From NCBI GenBank assembly GCA_964525955.1, contig CAZGKJ010000001.1, forward strand, positions 4,069-68,068: a stretch of 64,000 bases of DNA, given 5' to 3'. This DNA comes from an uncultured Candidatus Bathyarchaeia archaeon (GTDB lineage: Archaea > Thermoproteota > Bathyarchaeia > TCS64 > B23). Position numbers and translations under genes: made by a program. The stretch's first letter is position 1. Every line of letters begins with the position of its first letter. This document shows, piece after piece, positions 18,622 to 27,004 of this stretch. Under the pieces are notes generated by a model, which was given only the letters and a program-made list of their open reading frames with translations, did no database searches and had not been told where the DNA came from.

Positions 18622-19266
18622 TCATATGAGTTTCACAGCCGGCCCCATTGTGAGCTTCAGGTAGGCTGACTTTATGTTTCCCATCCCCTTCTTAAGGGTC
18701 CTCAGGAGGGTTGAGAAGACCGCCTCTATGTTCTCAGCCACCTCCTCATCGCTCATCCCCTCCTTTCCGACGATGCACATCACGTAGGGCTTATCCCTAC
18801 TCCTGAGGACCACCATCCTCCTCTCCCTCTCCATAACCTCCTCCATCGATGCCTGGGGTGGAACCGGTGTGGGCATCTTACCCCTCGGCCCGAGGATTGG
18901 GCCTACGATGCGGCCTATTAGGGGCATGAGCGGAGCCTCTGCGAGGAAGATGTCATAGTCCTTAAGCCTCCTCTTCACCTCCTTCCTGTCCCCAGCTATG
19001 CTCTGGAGCTCATTTGGATCTATAACCTCATCTGCCCCAGCCTCCCTGGCTCTGAGGGCGAGGTCTCCAGAGGCGAAGACGAGGACTCTTCGTTTACCGA
19101 CTCCGTTTGGAAGTCTCACCTTCAGGTTAATCCTATTCTCAGGCCTCTTCAGATCGATGTCCTTCAGGTTGATCATCAACTCTATCGACTGCTCGAATCG
19201 GCGTTTTGGAGCCGTCTTCCTCGCCTCCCTCAAGGCCTCGAGTATTCTCTCCCGTGGAATCGACAT
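18622..19266 (-). CDS. rpl1: Ribosomal protein L1 (uL1)
   Basis: Sequence similarity to uL1 and the conserved neighbourhood. Confidence 0.85.
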   Translation of the reverse strand: MSIPRERILEALREARKTAPKRRFEQSIELMINLKDIDLKRPENRINLKVRLPNGVGKRRVLVFASGDLALRAREAGADEVIDPNELQSIAGDRKEVKRRLKDYDIFLAEAPLMPLIGRIVGPILGPRGKMPTPVPPQASMEEVMERERRMVVLRSRDKPYVMCIVGKEGMSDEEVAENIEAVFSTLLRTLKKGMGNIKSAYLKLTMGPAVKLI

Positions 19267-19300
19267 TCAGCCCCCCTCCTCCGATGCCCGATATAAAGCT

Positions 19301-19786
19301 TTACTCCCCTCCAAGCTTGTCATCGTAGGCCCCTTCATCTATAAGTCTTAAAACCTCCTTCACGGGTTTCCCGTCGACGGTTATCCCCATGCTGAGGCAG
19401 CTTCCCAATATCTCCTTCACAGCCCCCTTAAGGGTGGCGGCGAGGAGGTCATCCCACTTCTTCTTAGCTATCTCCACCACCTGGTCGAAGGTTAGGTTTC
19501 CGACGAACTCCCGTTTAGGGTCTGGGGAGCCCTTCGACAGGCCGAGGATCTGGGTGATATGTGCATAGGTTGAGAGGGAGCCGAGCTTGACGGTGAACTC
19601 CTTCGTGTCGGTGTCGACGGTCACCTCCACCGGGACCTTCACGCCCTTATAGGCTGCTGTGGCCTCGTTGATCTTCTTGACAACCATCATCACATTTATG
19701 CCGAGGGGTCCTATCGCAGGCCCTATCGGGGGTCCCCCCGTCGCCTTCCCGCCTGTGACTATGAATTTGAAGGTCTTCTTCACCAT
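19301..19786 (-). CDS. rpl11: Ribosomal protein L11 (uL11)
   Basis: 'TGGKATGGPPIGPAIGPLGIN' is the canonical L11 N-terminal motif. Confidence 0.9.
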   Translation of the reverse strand: MVKKTFKFIVTGGKATGGPPIGPAIGPLGINVMMVVKKINEATAAYKGVKVPVEVTVDTDTKEFTVKLGSLSTYAHITQILGLSKGSPDPKREFVGNLTFDQVVEIAKKKWDDLLAATLKGAVKEILGSCLSMGITVDGKPVKEVLRLIDEGAYDDKLGGE

Positions 19787-20235
19787 TACCCCTCCCTCAC
19801 CTCCCTCACATAGTCTGCGTGAACCGTTATTGGAAGCGTGTAGCTCGCCTCCAGTAGCTCTATTGTCACCTCCTCCTTAGCCTCATCGATCCTGATGATT
19901 CGGGCCTGCATCCCCTTGAAGGGGCCTGCCACAATCTCCACGATGGCTCCCTCCCTCAACCCCTCAATAGCCGGCTTGGTCTCAAGGTAGTGGTCCACCT
20001 CAGCTGGATTTACGACGCCTGGAACTCGTCCTCTGATGTGTCTCATACCTCTGATGAGTTCATCGACCATGTGGGGCATAGCTGCCTCAACTATGATGTA
20101 GCCTTTAAGCTCGGCTGGGGCGAGGATGGAGGCTATCGGCAGGCCCTCCACCTCAGCCCTGTCGGCGAGCATCATAGCCACGTTTCGCTCCTGGCCAACC
20201 GTAACCTTCACTGCGTAGAGGGGCATCCCATACAC
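19786..20235 (-). CDS. spt5: Transcription elongation factor Spt5 (NusG homolog)
   Basis: The protein has NGN and KOW domains and the conserved position SecE-Spt5-L11. Confidence 0.85.
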   Translation of the reverse strand: MYGMPLYAVKVTVGQERNVAMMLADRAEVEGLPIASILAPAELKGYIIVEAAMPHMVDELIRGMRHIRGRVPGVVNPAEVDHYLETKPAIEGLREGAIVEIVAGPFKGMQARIIRIDEAKEEVTIELLEASYTLPITVHADYVREVREG

Positions 20236-20285
20236 CTTTGAGACGCTAACATACTCTCCAGAGGGGAGAATTAAACCTTATTGGT

Positions 20286-20456
20286 CTATATGCCCTGGAG
20301 GGTTACTGCTAGCAGCCTGATGAGGTAGCCTATTCCGCCGATTAGGGCGACGCCTATTAGGCAGACTTTAACGCTGAGCCAGAAGGTTCTGCGATCAGGC
20401 TTTGAGATGGTTTTAAGCAGTCTTGAGGCTGATGTGAGGAAGTCTCTGAGACCCAT
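20286..20456 (-). CDS. secE: Preprotein translocase subunit SecE (Sec61-gamma)
   Basis: A 56-aa ORF absent from the supplied track. The RC translation is 'MGLRDFLTSASRLLKTISKPDRRTFWLSVKVCLIGVALIGGIGYLIRLLAVTLQGI', a single-TM protein at the conserved position upstream of spt5. Confidence 0.75.
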   Translation of the reverse strand: MGLRDFLTSASRLLKTISKPDRRTFWLSVKVCLIGVALIGGIGYLIRLLAVTLQGI

Positions 20457-20491
20457 CCGACGCTCCTAATCATCGGGGAGCCTTAAAACCT

Positions 20492-21394
20492 TTATGGGAG
20501 CAGCCTATCCAGCAGCCATTCCGGGTTGAAGGGTTGGAGGTCGTCGTATCCCTGACCTGTCCCGAGGTATAGGATGGGCTTACCTGTTGAGTAGGCGACG
20601 CTTAGGCTTGAACCCCCCCTCGCATCGGCGTCCACCTTAGTTATGATAGCTGCATCGAAGCCCACCTCCCTGTCGAAGGTCTCAGCCTGCTCGACGGCGT
20701 CGTTCCCCGTCAAGGCGTCGACGACGAGGATCGTCATGTCGGGCTCTATAACCCTCTTTATCTTCCGTAGCTCCTCCATCAGGTTTCGATTTGTCTGCAT
20801 CCTCCCAGCGGTGTCGATGAGCACTGCATCATAGCCCCTCGCCCTCGCATGCTCCACTGCGTCGTAGCTGACCGCCGCTGGATCAGCTCCATATCGATGT
20901 CTGATCACCCTCAGCCCAAGCCTCCTGGCGTGCTCCTCCAGCTGCTCTATGGCTCCAGCCCTGTAGGTGTCACCTGAGGCGAGGACTCCTCTATAGCCGT
21001 GTCTCATCAGTAGCCGTGCCACCTTCGCTATAGTCGTCGTCTTCCCCGTCCCATTTACGCCTATGAAGAGGAGGATCAACGGCTCATGGCTCCTATGCTT
21101 CTCCTCAGCCAGTTTCAATAGATCCTTAGAGGGGGTCTTCAATATCCCCTTGATGGCCCCTCTCAGGGCGTCTCTAACTATCTCGCCTCGGTCTCCGAAG
21201 CGGGGTGCCTCCAGGCCTTGGAGGCGTCTCCTAAGCTCCGATCCTATATGCTCGGCGACCTTCAGGGCTACGTCGTTCGAGACGAGTTGGAGTTGGAGGT
21301 CCCAGAGGATTTGGTCGAGCTCCTCCTCCGTGAAGCTCTTCTTCGAGAGTTTATCCACTAATCCCCTCAGGCTCTCCCTAAGTCTCTCGAACAC
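20492..21394 (-). CDS. ftsY: Signal recognition particle receptor FtsY
   Basis: An SRP-GTPase NG domain with 'GVNGTGKTTTIAKVA', 'DTAGR' and 'TKVDADARGG'. Confidence 0.9.
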   Translation of the reverse strand: MFERLRESLRGLVDKLSKKSFTEEELDQILWDLQLQLVSNDVALKVAEHIGSELRRRLQGLEAPRFGDRGEIVRDALRGAIKGILKTPSKDLLKLAEEKHRSHEPLILLFIGVNGTGKTTTIAKVARLLMRHGYRGVLASGDTYRAGAIEQLEEHARRLGLRVIRHRYGADPAAVSYDAVEHARARGYDAVLIDTAGRMQTNRNLMEELRKIKRVIEPDMTILVVDALTGNDAVEQAETFDREVGFDAAIITKVDADARGGSSLSVAYSTGKPILYLGTGQGYDDLQPFNPEWLLDRLLP

Positions 21395-21830
21395 CTGCTC
21401 CCCCTCTCAGCTCAGCTGCGAGTCTGCTTATCCCCTCTTGATGTATCTCTATCTGCATTAGTAGTTGCCGTAGCTGTTGCTCCACGGCCTTAGATGTTCT
21501 CTCAACCTCCTCCAATCTATCTGTTATATCCTCCAGAGCCTTCTCAGGTTTCATCTCCACGGAGACGTCGGCCCCTATGCCCACGATCACCCTGCTGACT
21601 TCTCCGAGTCTTGCGTCTATGTAGGTTCCCCCTCCGATGGGTATGAGAATTGGGGTTCCCTCCCTCATCTCCTTCAGCGTCTTCAGGGCTGACTCAGCGA
21701 TCCTCAGTTCAGCCTCCATAGTTTTCAGGAGCTCTAATCGCTGTTGGAGGGTCTCAGCTGAGCTCTGCATCAGTCTCAGCTCCGCTATGAGTCTCCTTAG
21801 GGTCTCCTCCTTCTCAGCTCTCCCGCTCAA
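21378..21830 (-). CDS. pfdA: Prefoldin alpha subunit
   Basis: Coiled-coil/beta-hairpin architecture in the conserved LX-PfdA-FtsY context. Confidence 0.75.
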   Translation of the reverse strand: MSGRAEKEETLRRLIAELRLMQSSAETLQQRLELLKTMEAELRIAESALKTLKEMREGTPILIPIGGGTYIDARLGEVSRVIVGIGADVSVEMKPEKALEDITDRLEEVERTSKAVEQQLRQLLMQIEIHQEGISRLAAELRGGAGVRET

Positions 21831-22017
21831 TCTCCTCCACCTCTAATATCTTGATCTGAAATCTCTTCGCCCTATGTCTGCTTCCCAGCTCGCAGTATAT
21901 CCTCTCCAGGGCGTCTCTGAGCCTCGTAGCCGGTATCTCCTTCTCGAATCTCATCGGCTCCAAGAGCTGAGGCTTCCTGATCTCACCCTTAATCCTGTAT
22001 ATCTTCACCTCTCTCAA
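21814..22017 (-). CDS. rplX: Ribosomal protein LX (L18Ae/eL20-like)
   Basis: A small basic protein at the conserved position between L31e and prefoldin alpha. Confidence 0.6.
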   Translation of the reverse strand: MREVKIYRIKGEIRKPQLLEPMRFEKEIPATRLRDALERIYCELGSRHRAKRFQIKILEVEEIERES

Positions 22018-22294
22018 CTCCCCTCCCCTCGGCGAGGGTGACCCTTACGACGCCTTCCCCATCCCTCGTCATCTTCACCCTTATCCGCCTCGGGGGTCTC
22101 TGTATCCCCCTCCTCCAGATGGCCTCGTTGACCTCTGGATCTATGATTATCTCCGTCGGCTTCATATGCCTCTCAACGAACTCTCGGAGCACCCTCACCG
22201 CCTTCTCAGCCCTCTTCCACCTGGGAGCCGCCCAAGCCTTCTTCAGTGGAACGGTGTATATACGCTCCTCAACAATCTCGGACATCCTCCTCAC
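21989..22294 (-). CDS. rpl31e: Ribosomal protein L31e
   Basis: The pattern '...IIIDPEVNEAIWRRGIQRPPRRIRVK...' is L31e-like. Confidence 0.8.
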   Translation of the reverse strand: MRRMSEIVEERIYTVPLKKAWAAPRWKRAEKAVRVLREFVERHMKPTEIIIDPEVNEAIWRRGIQRPPRRIRVKMTRDGEGVVRVTLAEGRGVERGEDIQD

Positions 22295-22453
22295 CTAATC
22301 CTTCAGCCTGCTCCTCCTCCAGTGTCTACGGCTCTTAGGGCTGGAGCGGACCTCCCCCACGGTTTTTAGAATGATCCAGGCTGGAACCGGTCTATTCTGC
22401 TTCCCAGCCTTAGCCAGCCTTAGCTTATAGGCCAGGGGCTTATATCTACCCAT
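22295..22453 (-). CDS. rpl39e: Ribosomal protein L39e
   Basis: A 52-aa ORF not in the supplied track. The RC translation is '[52 protein letters not shown]', directly upstream of L31e as in other archaea. Confidence 0.8.
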   Translation of the reverse strand: MGRYKPLAYKLRLAKAGKQNRPVPAWIILKTVGEVRSSPKSRRHWRRSRLKD

Positions 22454-22455
22454 AC

Positions 22456-22779
22456 TCAAACCCTCCTAATCCTGATCTCCCTCCTCTGCTGAGCCTGTAT
22501 CTGGGCCAGTAGTCTTCGAAGCATCTCATCGGTTATCGGCAGCTTTATCCTCCCCGTCCTCGCGGCCTGGATGAGTTGGAGCTCCAGCTGCTCCGCGTAG
22601 TCGGGTCTAACCATCCTTATATTCGTCAATCTCTGCCTCGCTTTTGGGGTGAGGATTCTCCAGAGGAGGAGCTGCTTCTGAGCCTCAGCCTCCCTGCGGA
22701 GCTCCTCCTCCCTCTGCTTGGCCTGGAGCTCCATCAGCCTCCTCAACTTAAGCCTCTCAAGCTCCTCATCTGAGGCCAT
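22456..22779 (-). CDS. PDCD5/TFAR19-like DNA-binding protein
   Basis: A charged helical protein conserved downstream of S19e in archaea ('...[23 protein letters not shown]...'). Confidence 0.6.
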   Translation of the reverse strand: MASDEELERLKLRRLMELQAKQREEELRREAEAQKQLLLWRILTPKARQRLTNIRMVRPDYAEQLELQLIQAARTGRIKLPITDEMLRRLLAQIQAQQRREIRIRRV

Positions 22780-22788
22780 TCAACCACC

Positions 22789-23244
22789 TCAGTAGGCCTT
22801 AAGCTCCGGTATCTGCCTCTCAAGCTCCCTCTTGATCCTCGCAGCCAGGGCATCGAGAAGGCTTCTACCCTTAGGTGTGAGTATGCGGCCTCTATTCCCA
22901 TCCTTCTCGGCGAGGCCGGCCTCCTCAAGCTGTTGGAGTATATGCCTTATAATCGAGCCGCCAGCCCTCCTGAAGTGAGCTGGCTTGACGCCTCTGCGCT
23001 TACGGCCTCCATAGAGCTTCCTCAGCCTTGAAACCCCTATTGGGCCTTTTATGTAGAGCTTCCTCAGTATGGAGGCCGCTCTCACATACCACCAATCAGG
23101 ATTGTGGGGGGCCCTCTCTACGTGGGAGCCCGTCTTCACATAGGCTGCCCACTCCGGTGGCTTAACCTCCCTCACATTCTCCTTTAGGTATTTAGACAGC
23201 CTATCTATCAATATGTCCGCCGGGACATCGTAGACCGTTGTCAA
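22789..23244 (-). CDS. rps19e: Ribosomal protein S19e
   Basis: '...[34 protein letters not shown]...' is the S19e signature. Confidence 0.85.
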   Translation of the reverse strand: MTTVYDVPADILIDRLSKYLKENVREVKPPEWAAYVKTGSHVERAPHNPDWWYVRAASILRKLYIKGPIGVSRLRKLYGGRKRRGVKPAHFRRAGGSIIRHILQQLEEAGLAEKDGNRGRILTPKGRSLLDALAARIKRELERQIPELKAY

Positions 23245-23305
23245 CTCTGACCCCTTTCCCCCGAAGCGCTAAAGAATTGGAGATGAACCGACATAAATAT
23301 ATTCC

Positions 23306-24079
23306 CTACCCACCCCTCAGCTTTCTAAGGGTCTCACGGCATCCATAGCTCATCAGGGAGACGTCGCTTCCGATGCCGATGAATCTGAAGCCCATATCGA
23401 TGAGCTCCCTGAGATGTTCAACGCCCAATCCATAGGCGATGCCCGGCGCCACCCCCGCCGCCTCCGAGGCCTCTATGACCTTCCGCATCATCTCCACCAC
23501 CTCGGGGTGGAATGGTTGACCCTTATGCCCCGTCGAGGTGGAGAGGTCTGTTGGCCCTATGAATGTGGCGTCTACACCGTCGACGGAGACGATCTCCTCG
23601 ACGTTCTCAACGGCCCTACCAGTCTCGATCTGGACGGCGACGAACATCTCATCGTTCACATGGTCGAGATACTCCTTTGTTGAGACGCCCCACGCCGACG
23701 CAGGCCGCCCAGGGGCGCATCCCCTAACCCCCTCCGGTGGATAGCGGGTATACCTAACCGCATTCTCAGCCGCCTCACGGGTCTCGACGAGGGGAACGAC
23801 GACGCCGAGGGCTCCCGTATCCAGAGCCCTCTTGATGGCGTTCATATCGTTCCATACGACCCTGATCAGGGGGGTGGCCCCTGAGCCGCAGACCTCCCTC
23901 ACCAATAGGTCGAGGGTCTCAAAGCTGGCGGCTCCATGCTCCATGTCGAAGAGAACCCAGTCGACGCCGCTTCGAGCCAGGCTCCTCACAGAGACTGGAT
24001 GTAGTATATGAACCCATGCTCCGAGGCAGGTCTCACCCCGCTTAAGCCTCCACTTCAACTCATTCCTCAGCCTCGACAT
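23306..24079 (-). CDS. HpcH/HpaI-family aldolase (2-keto-3-deoxy-acid aldolase/citrate-lyase-beta-like)
   Basis: A TIM-barrel aldolase pattern: '...CLGAWV...VDWVLFDMEHG...GVVVPLVET.EAA...'. Confidence 0.65.
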   Translation of the reverse strand: MSRLRNELKWRLKRGETCLGAWVHILHPVSVRSLARSGVDWVLFDMEHGAASFETLDLLVREVCGSGATPLIRVVWNDMNAIKRALDTGALGVVVPLVETREAAENAVRYTRYPPEGVRGCAPGRPASAWGVSTKEYLDHVNDEMFVAVQIETGRAVENVEEIVSVDGVDATFIGPTDLSTSTGHKGQPFHPEVVEMMRKVIEASEAAGVAPGIAYGLGVEHLRELIDMGFRFIGIGSDVSLMSYGCRETLRKLRGG

Positions 24080-24149
24080 GGTGAATCCTAATGGCTCAAG
24101 GGGATTTAACCCTACCCAGAACAGTTAAAATCATCTCCAGCCCATATCC

Positions 24150-24938
24150 TTGGTTCGGATGCTCCGGGAGGTCTTGGAGGTTCTTGAGGAGGAGGCTGAG
24201 CGATGGGGTTTGAGGGGCGTCATCGGCTTCGCCCCCTTCAAAGATGTCTACAAAGCCCTTATGTCGATTCAGAGGAGGAGGCTTGAGGAGCTCTGCGGCG
24301 ATGCGGGGGGCGTCATGCGGAGCGCCATCTCCATTGCCTACGCCTATCCCAGAGATGTCATCGACGCCATACCCATGGAGGGATACCGGGATTCATGGAA
24401 CATCTACGCCAGGGCCTATCATAGATTGAATAGGGCTCTGAACCAGACGGCGGAGAGGGTCGCCGAGTTCGTCGATGGGGTCGCCGTCCCCGCAACCCTC
24501 GAGGGCTTCACGGATAGAGTTGAGCATGTGAGGGACTTCTACGCCGCAACTGTCTCCCATAGGGTGGCAGCGGAGCTGGCTGGCATCGGCTGGAGGGGGA
24601 AGAGCGGATTGATTGTGAATCCCCGATATGCCTCCGCGATAAGATTGGCCACCATCTACACCCCCCTGGAGTTCACATCAACGGGGCCTTCGGAGGGAGA
24701 CTGCGCCGACTGTCGAGCCTGCCTCGAGGCCTGTCCACTGCTAAGGGCTGAGAGGCTCAGCGAGGATTATAGGGAGCTATGTCGACGATATATCATCGCC
24801 CTTGAGAAACGTGGATTGGAGGCCGATGTCTGCGGACGCTGTGTGAGGGCCTGCGTCGAATCCTTCGAATCTGGATATATGAGTCGACACTTAAACCCGG
24901 ATTGGATTAGGAGGCCCTACTACATCGACATAGATTGA
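24150..24938 (+). CDS. QueG/reductive-dehalogenase-like Fe-S protein (DUF1730 + 4Fe-4S ferredoxin motifs)
   Basis: 'AGIGWRGKSGLIVNP.YASAIRLATIYT' resembles the epoxyqueuosine-reductase family core. It is followed by 'CADCRACLEACP' and 'CGRCVRAC' cysteine clusters. Confidence 0.55.
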   Translation: MVRMLREVLEVLEEEAERWGLRGVIGFAPFKDVYKALMSIQRRRLEELCGDAGGVMRSAISIAYAYPRDVIDAIPMEGYRDSWNIYARAYHRLNRALNQTAERVAEFVDGVAVPATLEGFTDRVEHVRDFYAATVSHRVAAELAGIGWRGKSGLIVNPRYASAIRLATIYTPLEFTSTGPSEGDCADCRACLEACPLLRAERLSEDYRELCRRYIIALEKRGLEADVCGRCVRACVESFESGYMSRHLNPDWIRRPYYIDID

Positions 24939-24977
24939 GGCGAGAGCCTTCTTACAGCCGCTGTAATTCCAGGTTTC

Positions 24978-25877
24978 TTAGGGGATTTTGAAGAGGGGGT
25001 GTTCCCTGCTGAGTTTTAGGCCTCCCCTCATCGCTGGGAAGGCGTAGGCGGCGTCCACCATGGCGACGGCTGGATAGACGTAGGGGGCCTCCTCTATCGG
25101 GCCGTAGAGGAGGAAGTCTGCTCCGAGGGCTGCTGCCACGGCGTTGACGGCCGCCACCGCCGGCCTCCTGGCTTTGATCCCCATCTTCTTTTTAAGGCCC
25201 CTCCATAGGCCTATGGCGTTGTGGGGGCCGCATCCGGCTGGTAGTCCCCACTTGGACTTGGCCTCAGGTATGGCTTGGAGGGCTGCTCCGAGGCTTGGTA
25301 TGTCCATCACGAAGGTGTCCAGGATCGGCTTCTCGACGCCGTAATCCTTAATGGTTTCAAGAAGTTTTTGGAGGGCTTTGATCCTGCCGGCTGCGGTGAG
25401 GTCTGAGACGTTGTAGGCGAGGAGGATGGCGCATTCAACCCCCGCATCCCTTATTGCTTCGAGTTCATTCTTCTCACAGCCTGGCAGCAGGGAGTTGTAG
25501 ACGATACGTTTTGTGAGCCCCACCTCCCCAGCCCATTTCAGGGCTTCGATCCTCACCTCCGGCGTTGGCCCGCCGAGGAGTAGGGGCTCATCGGTGACGT
25601 CGGCTGCGAATTCGAGGTATCTCTTCAAGGCCTCGGAGGTTGCTCCCTCCACGTCGAGCATGGAGGGGTTTCCCGTCCGATCTGAGAACTCCTCCTGAAG
25701 CCTTATGAGCTCCTCAGCCTTCTCCTCGTCGAAGACTCCTCGGCGATCATCCTCGACGATCCTATGCTTCTTGTAGAATATTGTGCCTATCAGCACCGTA
25801 GGGTCTCGACCTGGTATCCCACCGACCTTTACTCCTGCGATCTCGAAGATCTTCTGTTCAGCCTCCAGCCTCATCAA
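24978..25877 (-). CDS. MtrH-family methyltransferase (methylcorrinoid:tetrahydromethanopterin/tetrahydrofolate methyltransferase-like)
   Basis: The N-terminal 'FEIAGVKVGGIPGRDPTVLIGTIF' matches the MtrH/pterin-binding methyltransferase signature. It is the last gene of an operon with an MttB-family gene. Confidence 0.7.
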   Translation of the reverse strand: MMRLEAEQKIFEIAGVKVGGIPGRDPTVLIGTIFYKKHRIVEDDRRGVFDEEKAEELIRLQEEFSDRTGNPSMLDVEGATSEALKRYLEFAADVTDEPLLLGGPTPEVRIEALKWAGEVGLTKRIVYNSLLPGCEKNELEAIRDAGVECAILLAYNVSDLTAAGRIKALQKLLETIKDYGVEKPILDTFVMDIPSLGAALQAIPEAKSKWGLPAGCGPHNAIGLWRGLKKKMGIKARRPAVAAVNAVAAALGADFLLYGPIEEAPYVYPAVAMVDAAYAFPAMRGGLKLSREHPLFKIP

Positions 25878-27000
25878 CCTGCTCCACCACCTCGACGCCT
25901 CGCTTATGGAGCTCCATCAGTATCTCCTCGAAGATCCGAGGCTTCAGACCCAGCTTCTCAGGGGGTATCACACCCCTCTCCCCTATTCGCCCCCTCGCCA
26001 ATAGCTGGGCCACTATGGAGGTGGTGTAGCCCGTCGTCCTCGCCATAGCCGTGACGCCTCTCGCCCTGTCGTATCTGTCGAGGAGGTGGAATCTGATGGT
26101 CTTCTCAGCTCCATCCTTCAGACCCTTAACCTCCACCATCATCGCCAGGAGGTCTCCCACCTCCGGCATCCTGAGATGCTTCTCCAGCAGCCTCGCCGTG
26201 AAGCGCTTAGGTGAGACCTTCACCCCCTCAACCTCTATGGGTTCGTCGTCGAAGAGGCCTAGGTCTCTGAGCAGCTTAACCTTCTCCACATGCCCTGGAT
26301 ACCGGAGCGTCTTCTCATACATGCTCTCCACTCCCTTGAAGGTGTCGATGAGGGTTCTCAGGCCATCTGTGTAGAAGGCCTCCAAACGGCCGAGCCCTGG
26401 GAACTCGATCTCCTCGAGGCCGCTGAGAGCTGGAACCTCGACGACTCTGCCTCCCTCGACGATGCGGACGGGCCGCATATACTCGTCGATGAGTCCCTCA
26501 GCAGACCATGTTATCGTATAGCCCAGCGGTGGAACCGGCCTCTCCGGTATGCCTCCGACGAGTATGTGGGCCTCCCTAACCTCGTCGAGCTTCGAGGCCC
26601 CATAGCCCACCAGCATATTCGACAGCCCTGGAGCCACACCGCAGTCGGGGATGAGCGTCATCCCCCTCCGTCGAGCCTCCTCGTCGAGGATCAGCGGATT
26701 CTCAGGTGTGTAGGAGACATCCACCATGTCCACGCCCACCTCGACGGCGGCCTCCATGGCGTTGAAGCCGTAGTCCCCTGGAAGCGCCCCAACGGCGATG
26801 TCGAATCCCCTTAAGGCTTGGGCTATGCTCCCCCTACTTGAGGCGTCGACGGTCATCCACTCCCCGCCGATCTCCCCTGCCACCCGTCGGGCCGCCGTCT
26901 CAAATTTATCTGCGACGGTTATCTCAGCCTCCAGCGACTCGGAGAGGTCTCTGGCGATGGTGGAGCCGATCTTTCCGCAGCCGATGACTATGATTCGCAT
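25858..27000 (-). CDS. Saccharopine-dehydrogenase-family NAD(P)-dependent oxidoreductase
   Basis: An N-terminal Rossmann 'MRIIVIGCGKIGSTIARDL' is followed by a Sacchrp_dh-like C-terminal domain. The likely start is the internal Met at ~27000; the ORF track begins at 27063. Confidence 0.6.
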   Translation of the reverse strand: MRIIVIGCGKIGSTIARDLSESLEAEITVADKFETAARRVAGEIGGEWMTVDASSRGSIAQALRGFDIAVGALPGDYGFNAMEAAVEVGVDMVDVSYTPENPLILDEEARRRGMTLIPDCGVAPGLSNMLVGYGASKLDEVREAHILVGGIPERPVPPLGYTITWSAEGLIDEYMRPVRIVEGGRVVEVPALSGLEEIEFPGLGRLEAFYTDGLRTLIDTFKGVESMYEKTLRYPGHVEKVKLLRDLGLFDDEPIEVEGVKVSPKRFTARLLEKHLRMPEVGDLLAMMVEVKGLKDGAEKTIRFHLLDRYDRARGVTAMARTTGYTTSIVAQLLARGRIGERGVIPPEKLGLKPRIFEEILMELHKRGVEVVEQVDEAGG

Positions 27001-27004
27001 CCCC

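Noticed and set aside
24101-24116. 13-nt match GGATTTAACCCTA shared between 24101-24113 and 28754-28766, considered as possible att/direct repeats for the RM island
   Set aside because: A 13-mer coincidence is expected by chance many times in 64 kb on two strands. The two sites do not flank the AT-rich island.
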